64,000 nucleotides of DNA from Ascidiella aspersa (taxonomy: Eukaryota), in contig OZ004615.1 in assembly GCA_963924565.1 (NCBI GenBank), positions 20,274,001 through 20,338,000 on the forward strand. Direction: 5' to 3'. Of this stretch, positions 1-11,300 are shown piece by piece; the stretch's first letter is position 1; the number at the start of each line of letters is the position of its first letter. The translations under genes were made by a program, and so were the position numbers. The notes beneath the pieces were generated by a model. The model was not told the DNA's origin. It did no database searches and saw nothing but the letters and a program-made list of their open reading frames with translations.

Positions 1-48
1 TTTAATGCTTTGCAAATCAATTCCTATCGTATGGTTACTTTTTTGCAG

Positions 49-3000
49 CGTTTTTCTGGTGACCAGACTGCGTCACGTGGAGGGCTGTCACGATCCGAAC
101 AAGACTGTGCAGCAGTACAGCGGTAAGACGACACAACGACCTTATGCTTAAATGGCAACCTTAACGACCCGCCACCAGATATGCCAACCCTTGCGCATAT
201 GGGCTGTTATGAAATTCGATACAGTCGTATGTGTATAGGTAAAGCTTTTCTGGCAATTGATACGGCGCTGATGCTCGTCTGGTTTTGTTCTTTATTTCTA
301 ACCTTTAACCTCGGAGTTGAGCTACGATAAATAGCGGGTTCATACATGTAATGTTTATTAACCTGTGGTTATTTACTCCTAATATAACAGTTTCGTAGGT
401 ATTTAGATTGGCACAATTTTGACAAAATTAGACGATACTTTGTAGGCGAAAAGTAGTGGCTATTGGCAGTTAAATGTTACAAATTTAAATGTTTATCCAA
501 AAGCAAATATTGCTGTTATTTATTGCTGTTAAATGCAAATTTTAAGATTATTGTTGTTTATTCATTTTTATGGAATGCAAGTCACAACTTTACACTCTTT
601 TTTTGAAAGGAACAGTAGAAATATATATTAAGTATTTCTCAAGGGTAACTAACTATACACTACTTTTTTGCAGCCCATAACAATGAAAAACAAACGTGGT
701 TTATCGATTGTTACTCCTATGCCAGGCACCCTCATTTTAAGCCATATAAAGTTTACTGCTAACTTGACCTATGGAAACTAAATAGCTATTCTTACCTACT
801 AATGTAAACAGGTAAAGTAAATCCCTTTGTTTAAATACACGGTTATATTATTTTAATACTTCAAGGTTTATAATAAATCAATTAAGGTTTTAAGTCACCT
901 TTACAAATTCAAGAAATTAATGAAACTTCGCTAATCACTAAACTGCAAAATATTACCAAATGCACTAGTAACAGACTAACGAGGTCATAATAAGAAGCAA
1001 GTGTTTACACCTAATAATATGAAACCTTTAATCAAATGAGGTATTGTTTGTCACAATCTTTGATTGTTTTATACGTCATAGAAAGTTTCTGCCCAATTAC
1101 ATACATAGTGGAAAATGTCCAGGGAAAGCAAAGCCTTTACAGTACTTTAAAAAGCTAACCCCACTTGTTAAACGTTGTCGTTGCGTTTAATGGGTAAACA
1201 CGCAGTAAATTAAAGGGTTTAAATGTCGGCACAGCAACAAAAGCAATGCCCAGCGGCGGAAGTATTAGTGCCAGCGGCACAAGTCCAGAATAAAACGAAA
1301 ACTTGTACGGTTCCGCCAGGGGCAAAGGAGCGACTGGAAAAGTACGTGGCCAAAAATGAGAGCAAGGTTCGGCGCGCCCTGAACCGGTCCCCGCCGCCCC
1401 CACGGCCCCACACCACTGACGACCGGGCACGCATGCAGACCATCGTTGGCCAGGTGCCGGCCCAGGCGGCCGAGGCCTGGATTAAGCTCAGCAATGACAG
1501 AGGTTAGTGTCACAATCTCGTGACGTGAGAGTAACTTTTGGTATTTTGTTTTGCTTGTTGAAGTACGGTGTAGTAGGCTACAAGGCAAGGCAAGTCAGTT
1601 CGTATTTTAAAAAATACCTATACAATCTATCTAAATAAGTCACGAGTTTCGACGTTAAAAACACATTTAACAGTATGACACTAGTGTATTATTTAAATAT
1701 TGAAGGGGTCTGTTAAATTCCATTTGGATGTATCGACTGTGTCTGTTGGAAATGCGTTTTCCTTTTGTCTGACTTTGTGGATTATTAACAGCAAGCAGTG
1801 AACGTTTGGGTTTTCAAAAAACTCATATATTTATTTGAACTATAATACGAGATGTACGTATTTTCTCTTTTGTGATTCTATAAACTTTTAGTTTGTTACC
1901 GCATACCTTTGGCATGCAGGACGATTTGTCTACCTTCGAAACGTGTTTTCCTGCAGTAAAAAGTAGTAAATCGGTATTATACATAGTTGCTACACATTAC
2001 TTATCTGATGGTATTATGACTGGGCGTACTTTGGCCAGGCCAAGGGTACTGTTGCCCAATTATATAGTCAGAATAAAAATATATCGCGAACAGTTAAACA
2101 TTCAATGAATTGTACACGTTCGCATTAATATTTATATCCAATATATTCACAAGTCGTATTATGTCACTATTTAAGTTAGCTTTATTCAGAAGAGCGCCCT
2201 TACAGTATGTTAGGCATTATAGCAGTGGTTCTCAGCCGGGGTACCGCGGCAGGGTGCCATTTTTAACACTTAAAGGTACCGAGAGATATTTTAAATTAAT
2301 TATTTATGGGATTTCAATTTTTACTCTATCAGTAAGCTTCTTGGTACCATTATTTAAGTACGATGAAAGTGCCAAAAATTAAAAAGGTTTTGTCAACCTT
2401 GTTGCGCAGTTAATGTGCTGTTTCAATCTCGTTTACTGTAACGTTACAGTAAACCTCTCATAAAAAAATACGAGCAAGGGTGTCGCGAACTGTTGAGCAG
2501 TTAATGTGCTGTTTCAAACTCGTTTATTGTAACGTTACAGTTAACCTCTCATAAAAAAATACGAGCAAGGGTGTCGCGAACTGTTGAGCAGTTAATGTGC
2601 TGTTTCAAACTCGTTTATTGTAACGTTACAGTTAACCTCTCATAAAAAAATACGAGCAAGGGTGTCGCGAACTATTTCTACTTTATATAGGGTGCCGCAA
2701 ATCAAAAAAGGTTTTATTAGCTGATTTCAGTTTAGTTAGCTGATTTAGAGTTTACAAATTCAAGCTAAACTCTTGTTAAAACCACCTTCTTCAGATAAGG
2801 CGTCAATCCGCAAAGCGTTCCTCGACGCCGAAACAGACATCAAAGCTCGTCTTGAATCAACCAGGGTGCCACAGGAGAAACGTCAGTACAGAAAACTGCC
2901 TCCTTCTCTGAGGCAACAACAGCAGCAACATCCCACAAAACCACAGGAGGAAATCTACTCGACTACGAGGTGGCTAAAGAAGGCAGGCCACACTGGTGAG

Positions 3001-4300
3001 TAGTCAACTGAAATAACTGTTAGCTAGATTTAATGTCGAAGGTTGCTATATACGGGTAAGTAAGGCGCTGGCCCTTAAGGCGAGGGCCGACGGCTGCCGA
3101 AGTCTCTTACATGTTTCTTGTAGCTTTATCTGACTCCAAGGAGCAGGCCGCTGAAAACCTGTCTTTATAACTTAATCTCGAACTCTAGACAGAGTTACTT
3201 CACTCTGTTGATATTGCTCGTTTAGTATAGGCCAATTCATCTCAGTACACACGATAACGTAACACGGTAATTCAGGCCACTAGAGCAGCTAGATAAAGCT
3301 GTATCCAGTAAAAAGAACATAAAGCCCGTTTGGGTGTTGGTCGCACATCAGTAGAAAACGGTCACGTGCATTGTGACGTCAAGTTGGGCTAAGTAGTGGA
3401 GTAATGCTTGCTACTTTGGGCTTCAGTAGCCGTACAATACAGTATCTAAAAACTAAGAAACTCAATTCTTTCGAGTCATTAGTGCATCAAGTCGGGCAAT
3501 TTGTGTTAGAAAATATATTTTACCTAACAATCTTGCATCCTAACATTGACAGATTTAAAGAAATATATTCTGCAGCATTTGTTAAATCCTCAACATAGCG
3601 GTAGCAAATTGCTTTTATTGTAAAAAAATCTCTTTTTGTTATAAAGTTAAAAAAGGTGTTGCTCCTTAGTGTACGAAAAAAACACTTTTGCACAAAACCT
3701 GGTTATGAAAGCAAAAGCAGTACAACTCATTTGCTTCGTAACTAATACCTTTTAACTAATATTATAAAATTTGCAAGCAGTGTTTTTTGAAGCACATTAC
3801 AAACAACCAGCAGAAATTTTGTTTTATTCCCAAAAAGTAAGATAACATTTGTTGCTTACTGCGGTAGGTATACTGTATAGTGACTTTAGTCCAATAAAAA
3901 CCACTAGTATATTATTTTTTTTCTGCTTTATCAACTATAGTAGCCTAGTGGCGTTAAGTATTTCGATAAATTCACAAAAGTCGGCCATTGAATTTTTTTG
4001 TTACCGTATTACAACACTAAGTACCAGCACACGTCTAACACACCTTTACCAATTTCGATGCCCTAAAAAACTCACTTATTCTTCGGTCCTATTACAGAGA
4101 CGTCGGCTGTTCACAAGCTGCTCGAGGCGATGCGAAAAGCCCCGCCATTGCCGCCGCCTCTTGAGGGACCCCATTTCCACATAACCGACTACTCGCCCAT
4201 GTTTGGCATCGCGCCGCGCGTGCCCTTCTACGACTTTCAAATCCACCCAGAGTGGCACCAGCCCTGGCACAAGAAGTACAACGGCGTTGTCAACGCTTAG
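49..4300 (+). CDS. Uncharacterised protein, 3' part (4 coding exons in window; 5' exons lie upstream)
   Basis: Phase-consistent GT-AG exons 49-122, 1320-1502, 2795-2995, 4098-4300 (TAG). They give ...VFLVTRLRHVEGCHDPNKTVQQYSGAKERLEKYVAKN...AEAWIKLSNDRDKASIRKAF...RWLKKAGHTETSAVHKLLEAM...PFYDFQIHPEWHQPWHKKYNGVVNA*. Exons are GC-rich against AT-rich introns. No family recognised with confidence. Confidence 0.8.
2401..2673. repeat. Tandem repeat, 91-bp unit x3
   Basis: gcagttaatgtgctg recurs at 2406, 2497 and 2588. It lies inside a probable MITE starting cagtggttctc at 2223. Confidence 0.9.
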
Positions 4301-4437
4301 GTTGCCTAAACTACATAGATCGCCGACCACTTGTACAGTTATAGAGAGATGTTGTCGGTCTGCGGAATCGTCCCTGTGTTGTTATTGTCTGTCCTAAATT
4401 TAAGTAAAGAAAAAAAAATATGTGTATTATTGTAGCC

Positions 4438-4694
4438 CAGGGGTTCTTGAACTTTGTTTAGCGGGGAACCCTAAAAATTATTTTGGTTCGCCTGGAGATG
4501 ACATAATATAAAAAGTACAAAATTGCTGTTTTCGGTCGATCCTATGCAAGGTTCGAAGAAACTGTTGGGTCTAAATCCATTTAAGAATAGACCAAAGCAT
4601 GCTTTTAATTTTTCCTTTTATTTTGAAATGTCATCATATTTTTTAAGACTTTTTGGACCCTGGGAGTGGACAAACTCCAGATTAAGAACCACTG
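4438..4694. mobile_element. hAT-type MITE (CAGGGGTTCTT termini)
   Basis: TIRs caggggttcttga / ttaagaaccactg; 8-bp TSD ttgtagcc/ctgtagcc. Confidence 0.7.
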
Positions 4695-4881
4695 CTGTAG
4701 CCGATATCGTGACATACCGGGTTTTGTTTTGTCCTTTCCCGGTGAAGTTAGAAAATATTGGAATCCAAAAAAACTGTAATATCTTGTCTGGTTTAAAATA
4801 AATATAACCCCATCACCTTAAAGTAACCGCACTTTTGTGGATGAAATTATTACAAATCAATGAACATAACTTAATCATGGA

Positions 4882-4991
4882 TATACTATGCACGGATCCG
4901 AATGTAGTTTGATAATAAATTGCACAACCAAAAAGGTCGAGTATATCGACGTCATCTTAACTAAGACGTTTTGATACGAGCTTTCAGTTAA
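4882..4991 (-). mobile_element. Decayed family 2 hammerhead/pLTR copy (internal deletion)
   Basis: Shares actatgcacggatc...ataataaatt...ccaaaaaggtcgagta with 49501-49570. Minus strand reads taactgaaagctcgtatcaaaacgtcttag. Confidence 0.55.
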
Positions 4992-5488
4992 TAACTTAAG
5001 CAGATTACATATTTGTTGTTACAGTATATGGCGCTTCATAATTAGGTATAGTTACAAATAACTTTTGTTGATCGTAATGGAAAAAGTGCTAGGGAAAGAA
5101 ACCTAAAGCTTGTAGTATACGCCATTTAATTCTGATTCAGCTCGACAAAGCTTGCAAAAGATAAACAGAAAACTCAAAGTAATAATTGATTTTCGTTTCA
5201 CAACAAGTTTTGCGCGTTAAAAACGGTAACATTGCTATAAATTAAAGAAATCAAATATAAAAATGTTATAGAAATTAAGGAAATAAAATTAAATATAAAA
5301 ATGCATTTAAAACAAAAATTTTAGATCCTTTTGAATAGCAATGAACCGCAAATCAGTACGTCAATAGTGGTATGCAGCAACCTTCAAAATGGGTGCTTCG
5401 GAATTTAGTCGTCAGAGACATGTTTTGTATCGTACACCGGCTTTTGTACGACCAGTTGCTGAAAAGTAGAAGCTGGCAATGGGATATG

Positions 5489-6289
5489 CTACTGACCGGG
5501 ATTAAGCCGTGGCGTGAGATAACCGTGCCTTATTAGTTTCTGCAAAGAGGCTCTCGTACGGGCGCTGGCCCCGTTATACATACGTTGTGCTAACTTGGGG
5601 TCGGTGCCCGCCGCCTTTAAAAAACGCTGCACATCGGGCTGCGCCGTAATTTCGTTTAATTCGTCGTCTGACAGGTGTTCGTACTTTAATTCTTCGCCGG
5701 GCTCTGGCATAGCGCCCTTCGTATCATTTGACAGAGAAGAGTACTGGTCGCCCATTAGTTGTGTAAACTCGGACAGAAAGTCCCGGATTTCAGTATCGTT
5801 TTGGTAACGCACCATTGCCTCTTTGGGATTTATTTTCATATATTCGATGGCCTCCATGCATCTCGGGTCAGCCATGTATTTTCTCAACTTCTCATTGCTG
5901 AACACTTTGTTGAGGATTTCAGGCTTCAACCATTTTGCTTTCTCGTCTTCAATTTTCTTCTCTTTAGCCCGAATTTCTCTCTGCACATCTTCAAGTACCA
6001 GCTGGCTTTCCTTTTTCTCTTTCGCCTTGACCACATAGTCTATTCCATCTTCCTTCTTCATGGTTACCTTTTTACTCTTTGATGCACTTCCGCCAAAGAG
6101 AAAGCCCTTTTTCATTCCGCCGAACGATTCTTTGTTTTTCTTGACTTGGACCGGTTTAACTTCCACAGGAATCTCTTCCTCCTTATCTTCTGGGAAATAA
6201 CTCCCACTGGATTTTTCCAATTGCACCGCTTTGATCTTACTAACCATTTTTTCCATGTCTTCCAGCGGAGGCATGTCATCATCTGCCAT
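5489..6289 (-). CDS. STI1/HOP DP-like domain protein with intronless CDS (266 aa from the first ATG)
   Basis: Uninterrupted ORF starting MADDDMPPLEDM (ATG at 6289; the ORF track starts at an upstream TTG). Contains an FGGMKKGFLFG motif and two helical DP/STI1-like segments (WLKPEILNKVFSNEKLRKYMADPRCMEAIEYMKINPKEAMVRYQND; LNEITAQPDVQRFLKAAGTDP). A splice acceptor (ttttgctacAG) lies at 6316-6317, just upstream of the ATG. Confidence 0.8.
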   Translation of the reverse strand: MADDDMPPLEDMEKMVSKIKAVQLEKSSGSYFPEDKEEEIPVEVKPVQVKKNKESFGGMKKGFLFGGSASKSKKVTMKKEDGIDYVVKAKEKKESQLVLEDVQREIRAKEKKIEDEKAKWLKPEILNKVFSNEKLRKYMADPRCMEAIEYMKINPKEAMVRYQNDTEIRDFLSEFTQLMGDQYSSLSNDTKGAMPEPGEELKYEHLSDDELNEITAQPDVQRFLKAAGTDPKLAQRMYNGASARTRASLQKLIRHGYLTPRLNPGQ

Positions 6290-7415
6290 TATGTTCAATA
6301 CACAGTTGAGTGTTACTGTAGCAAAACAATGTGGGAAATCTGTAATTTAAGTTAGATTAAAAATAGTACACAGTGCAACACCATTTTTTAAAACAATTTG
6401 ACTAGTTCTATATTTTTTTTGAAATTTTAAGATATACTAGTGCTATTTAGTTCTTAAATCAAATGTTAATAAAATGATATCATACAGCTCACACATCAGA
6501 TAAGATCTTCCTTAAATAAATCTAAAAAAACACTTTACAAGATAATTTTACTACAGGGGTTCTTCAGCTGGGGTTCCAAGACCTTTGGGGTGTACATATG
6601 CTAGTTTTAGAGGGTTTTTTTAGGGTTACATGTTAAAAAAAGTTAAAGGAACCCTATTTTACACACACACCAGCTTATAATAAATTTTTTTGGGAATGTC
6701 AGCATAAATAATGTTGTTTTGAAAAAAACTACCATGTACCCCCAAATATCTGGAAACCCAGCTTAAAACCCCTTGTCAAATTGTCTACTTAATTTATTTT
6801 TACTTATTTTTCAAATATTACTTTACTACAACTATCATCCAGTTTATTCCTAGTCAATCTTGCGTGAACCAAGATTCTTTCTCAACAAAGTGAGTTTAAA
6901 CTAGTAGTTAAAATTACTCCATAAGAAAACATATGGGTTAGCAAAAAATAGGTGCTGGTCTAAAATTCTACCACTTTTTTTATAGTAATGAAACGAGTTA
7001 TCAAAATTGAAATTGCAAAGAACAAACAAATAAAGGAGAATAAAAATAATAATAATACTTGACACACACAAACCGAAACACTAACTCGCACCATAACCCA
7101 AATATTGTCCCTAACTTTATAAATGCTATAACCCAAAGAACATGGGCAACTTGTCAAATAATGCAGCTTGCTTTCTGAGTTTTATTTGTTATTGGTATTA
7201 GGAATTAAATTAGTTTATAAATCATAACACAGTATTTAAAAAAGGCAGTGTTGTAAACAGGTCATTTTGAAATGACTTCAGTCCCAGTCAAGTCATAATT
7301 AGAGCAAGATTCCAAGTCAAATCCCTTTCATAAAAATAAGATGGTAAGCTACTAAAATTGGGTAAACTCATCCGATAATGAGCAACTAAAAACTGCAATA
7401 TAGAGAAGCAAATTG

Positions 7416-7618
7416 GGCGCTGGTCTAGAATCCTACCACAACGAAACACCATTTGGGTTAGGGTACAGGTTAGCGTTTGGGTTAAGGTAGGTCAAGTATT
7501 ATTATTAAATTTGGAATATAATAATACTTGACCCACCCACACCCAAACGCTAACCCGCATGTTAACTCAAATTTTGTGCGTTGATTTTAGAACTGTGGTA
7601 GGATTCTAGACCAGCGCC
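7416..7618. mobile_element. MITE with 25-bp TIRs, nested in a CAAGT-rich MITE
   Basis: TIR ggcgctggtctagaatcctaccaca / tgtggtaggattctagaccagcgcc; perfect 8-bp TSD gcaaattg. Relatives at about 6951-7140 and 8560-8768. Confidence 0.85.
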
Positions 7619-8071
7619 GCAAATTGTTTTATGTGTAAAAATTAGGATAAATAACCCAATTTTACAAAAAAAATGCTTATTGAAAACATTTATTTTAACC
7701 CAAGTCTAAAAGACTCAAGTCAAGTCCGTCATGTTTTCGCAAAAGACTTAGGGTAGGGGTTAGCGTTGGTTTTGTCTAGGATAAGCAATATTATTAAATA
7801 ATAAATATTATAATACTTGACCCACTCACATCCAAACCCAAATATTGTGTGTTGATTTAATAATTGTTTGAACCTGTGGTATAAGCGTCTAGAACAGTGA
7901 TTACCAAACTGTGTCAGATTATTTTGACAACAAACTAAAATGCAGGACTAACGCTCGTCGCTCTTTTTAAACGTGTTTACTTTAAATCCTTGATTTTATG
8001 AAACGAACAAACCATAACTAAACAACACAAATTTCAGTTTGTCACGCATGAACGTTTTTTTTGTTAAAGAT

Positions 8072-8084
8072 TTTACCTAGCAAC
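8072..8084. promoter_or_regulatory. Candidate RFX X-box in the divergent OFD1 / STI1-protein promoter region
   Basis: TTTACCTAGCAAC matches GTNRCC-N-RGYAAC with one mismatch, about 270 bp upstream of the OFD1 ATG. Confidence 0.4.
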
Positions 8085-8350
8085 GCTTAAATCCAGCTTT
8101 TGCAAATTAATTGCAATAAATATATAAAGTTTAATTTTAAAAACGTAACAATTTTAAAACCCAAATACTTAAAAAATACTGTAGCAAAAGTATACCATTA
8201 TTGTAAAACTGTCATTCCGGTCACATCAAAAGCTGTGAAAATAACGGTTTTGGATTTGTTTACAAATTTCTAGCGGTATTTCAAAGTTGAAATGATTTTT
8301 TGCACTTAAAAATTCAAGCTTGCGGAGGAGTTATTGCGATTTAAAACAAA

Positions 8351-11300
8351 ATGGACACGTCGGCAAGAAGTCAAGGCGGCTTGACCGCCGAAGAGTTAAA
8401 AAGTCAAATGTACCAGACAATGCAATCCACTGGAGTTTTGCATAAACTTAAGGTAACTTTTCGTTTCTTGGTTTGCATGTTAATTCTTTTGTTACTGTCC
8501 CCGCAAAAATAATATGTATTTTGTGTGCTTAAGTTTTTCAGTAGTTTTACTAAATGTCTGGCCATGATCTGGGATCCTACCACATTTTTGTGCAGTGGTT
8601 TATAATGCTAACATTATTTGGGTTAAGGTGTCGAGTTAGTTAGCGTTGGGGTGGGTGAAGTATTAATATTATATTTATTCTCCTTTATTTATTTACTTCT
8701 TGCAATTTCAATTTTGACAACTTGTTTCATTATTGCAAAATAAAATGTGGTAGATCCCAGACCAGCGACAAAAGTTTTTTACTTACTTTAAGGTGTTATT
8801 AACCTTGAATCTGAAACAATGAGTGTTTTGGTTCCTGAATTTCTATCCGTTGTAAGGGCAACTGTAAAAAATGTGCCAATTACAGTCGCTAGTTTTTCGC
8901 AAACAAACATGCACTTCTTAGAAATCGAAAAGGGCCTGAATTGCCCACATGTTAAGCCGGTGAAGTATGCTTTTCCTTTCTTGTACCACTATGTAAAACA
9001 AGACTAACGTTAATAATATGTCAGAATGTTGATAAAGCAAAATACAAGAAAGTAAATTATTTAGAAACATATTGTACCTTTGGAAACTTTATACCAAAAT
9101 CAGTTGACTTAATCAGGATTGTAGTGCGGACAAGGCTAGTCTAGAAAAACCTGTGGTGAGGTTTGAACTCCTGACCTCACAACCTCAGCCATATTATATA
9201 GAAATAATAAAAAAATATGCCATCAAACCACATTGTAACTGAATGACGCAATCTTTTAAAAGTCTTTAAGATATTTTTTAGAAACAAATATCCAAATTGA
9301 AATGCTCTTGAAATGCTGTCTATCATGGCATTATACTGATTAAAACAGACTGTTAAAATGCAATTAATTGACTCAGTTCCTCCCTAATTTAAATAACACA
9401 TTTTACTGTTCAGGGTCAACTAAGGCAAAACATGATCAATGAACTCAGGGGAAAGCAAAGCAAAAGACAGTCGCAACTACAAGACAAACCTTTAGGATCT
9501 GATTTGTTTGCGGCTACAATTCGAAACAGAAACTGTAAGTAAATCATTAAGACATCTGACACCCTCTTTTAATGAAGATTGACAATTTGTCTAATTGCTT
9601 TGCTTTCTATCGCAGCCAAACCGTGGATACAAGAAGTGTTGGACAATCTGGTTCTTCATTACATTAAGCAGAGCAGATATCATTACACACTTTCATTATT
9701 TCAACAGGAATCTGGCCTTACTAATTATTCGGTCAGCATTTTTTCTTGTAATTGCAGTTTCATACATGATATAGCTGTGTTGCAAAATAGGCATGCGAAT
9801 ATTTTCATGCTTAAACCTCATTGCAGTTTTAACATATCTTTGTATTCTTCTGAACAGGAATAGTTCTACCCATTTGTTTACAGAACTTTAAAGTTAAGAA
9901 CATAGTATGTTAGATTTTAAACCATGAATTATATTGACACAACCAAATAATTGGTATTTTATTTGTCACTTTTTGGATGATTGACATAATTGCTATTTCT
10001 TAGGATATCCTGTAAATGGATAGTATATTTAATGTTTTATACTCTTCATAAGATTTATATATAAATAAATAAAGCGAACAAAAAAAACCTATAGTATAAC
10101 TTTAAAAAATCAGCAAATAAAAGTTGGATTTAGTTTGCATTAAAATAATCACCTGCACTACAGCATTACTATTAAACTTTTTTTGGGAAAAATTTCACCC
10201 ATTGTAGATTTACAGATTATTTTTTAAATATCCAAAAATAAAATTGAATCAAACTTAACCATATTTTTTGTTCATTGAAGTATTTAAACTCTTAACAACA
10301 TTTGTAGCCAGCTATAATGAATGAGCTGCTTTCCCACCTTGGACTTCACCCTAATGATTTGGAAATCGAAGACATCTCTCTTAGTTCAAATGATTCCAGT
10401 GCACCTCATTCGTCAACCCCGAAGCAGGCTGTTAATCGGAATGCACTTACCCTTTGGAGACTCCTGGAAAAGCTAGCTAACTTCTCCTCAAAGCAAATGC
10501 TGGACTTAGAGGACAAGGAAAACATCAGCGCTTGTGATGGCGTCGAAGATAAGCAGTCCACTAAACCTTTGACACTGTGTAAGTGTTTTATTTGCGTTTT
10601 TCTATATTAATGTTATTTTTCTTTTTTCTTTATGATTGATCAATGTTTTTCTGACCTAATGTTTTTTTTGTATCCAGTACATTTAAATAAACCGTTTTAA
10701 ACATGACTATCTCATTGACTTTTTTATACTTATTCATTCAGAATTAATTTACTTGCAAAGCAATCCTTTTAAGTTAAATGCAACCAACCTCCTTTTGTTG
10801 AATAGCCAATGAAACAACTCTATGGATTGTACTTTAAATTAGAGATAGACCGCTATCACTTTTTTTTTGATACCTGATTTTTTACAATTTTGTCAACGAT
10901 ACCCGATACCGATTTTTTTATATACCTGGGAAATGTTAAAAATTTAAAGTAATTCAAAATAAAATCCAAATAACGTTTTGGCTTATATACCTATATTAAT
11001 TTTATTAAACTATTATTTTGCATAGTGCCTTGACATGATGCTAAAAACAAAATTTTTTGATTAAAAAATGGTCAAGTTGTTTGTTGTAAAGCAAAATTAA
11101 ATCATATTTTCGTACTAAACTATCAACAAAAGTATCAGCCTACATTTAACGATACTGATATATCGGTGGAAGCCAAATATTGGCCAACATTATCAGCAAA
11201 GCGTTATATCGGTCTATCTCTACTTTAAATAGTATTGTAACTTATTTTCTAAATAAATTTTTGTCAATCATACCTTCTCTAAAATAAATTTCCACTACCT

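Noticed and set aside
3053-3330. GC-rich hairpin (ggccct-taaggcg-agggcc) and loose inverted repeat as a structured RNA
   Set aside because: I could not fit any ribozyme or ncRNA consensus. It is a single copy and probably a decayed repeat end.
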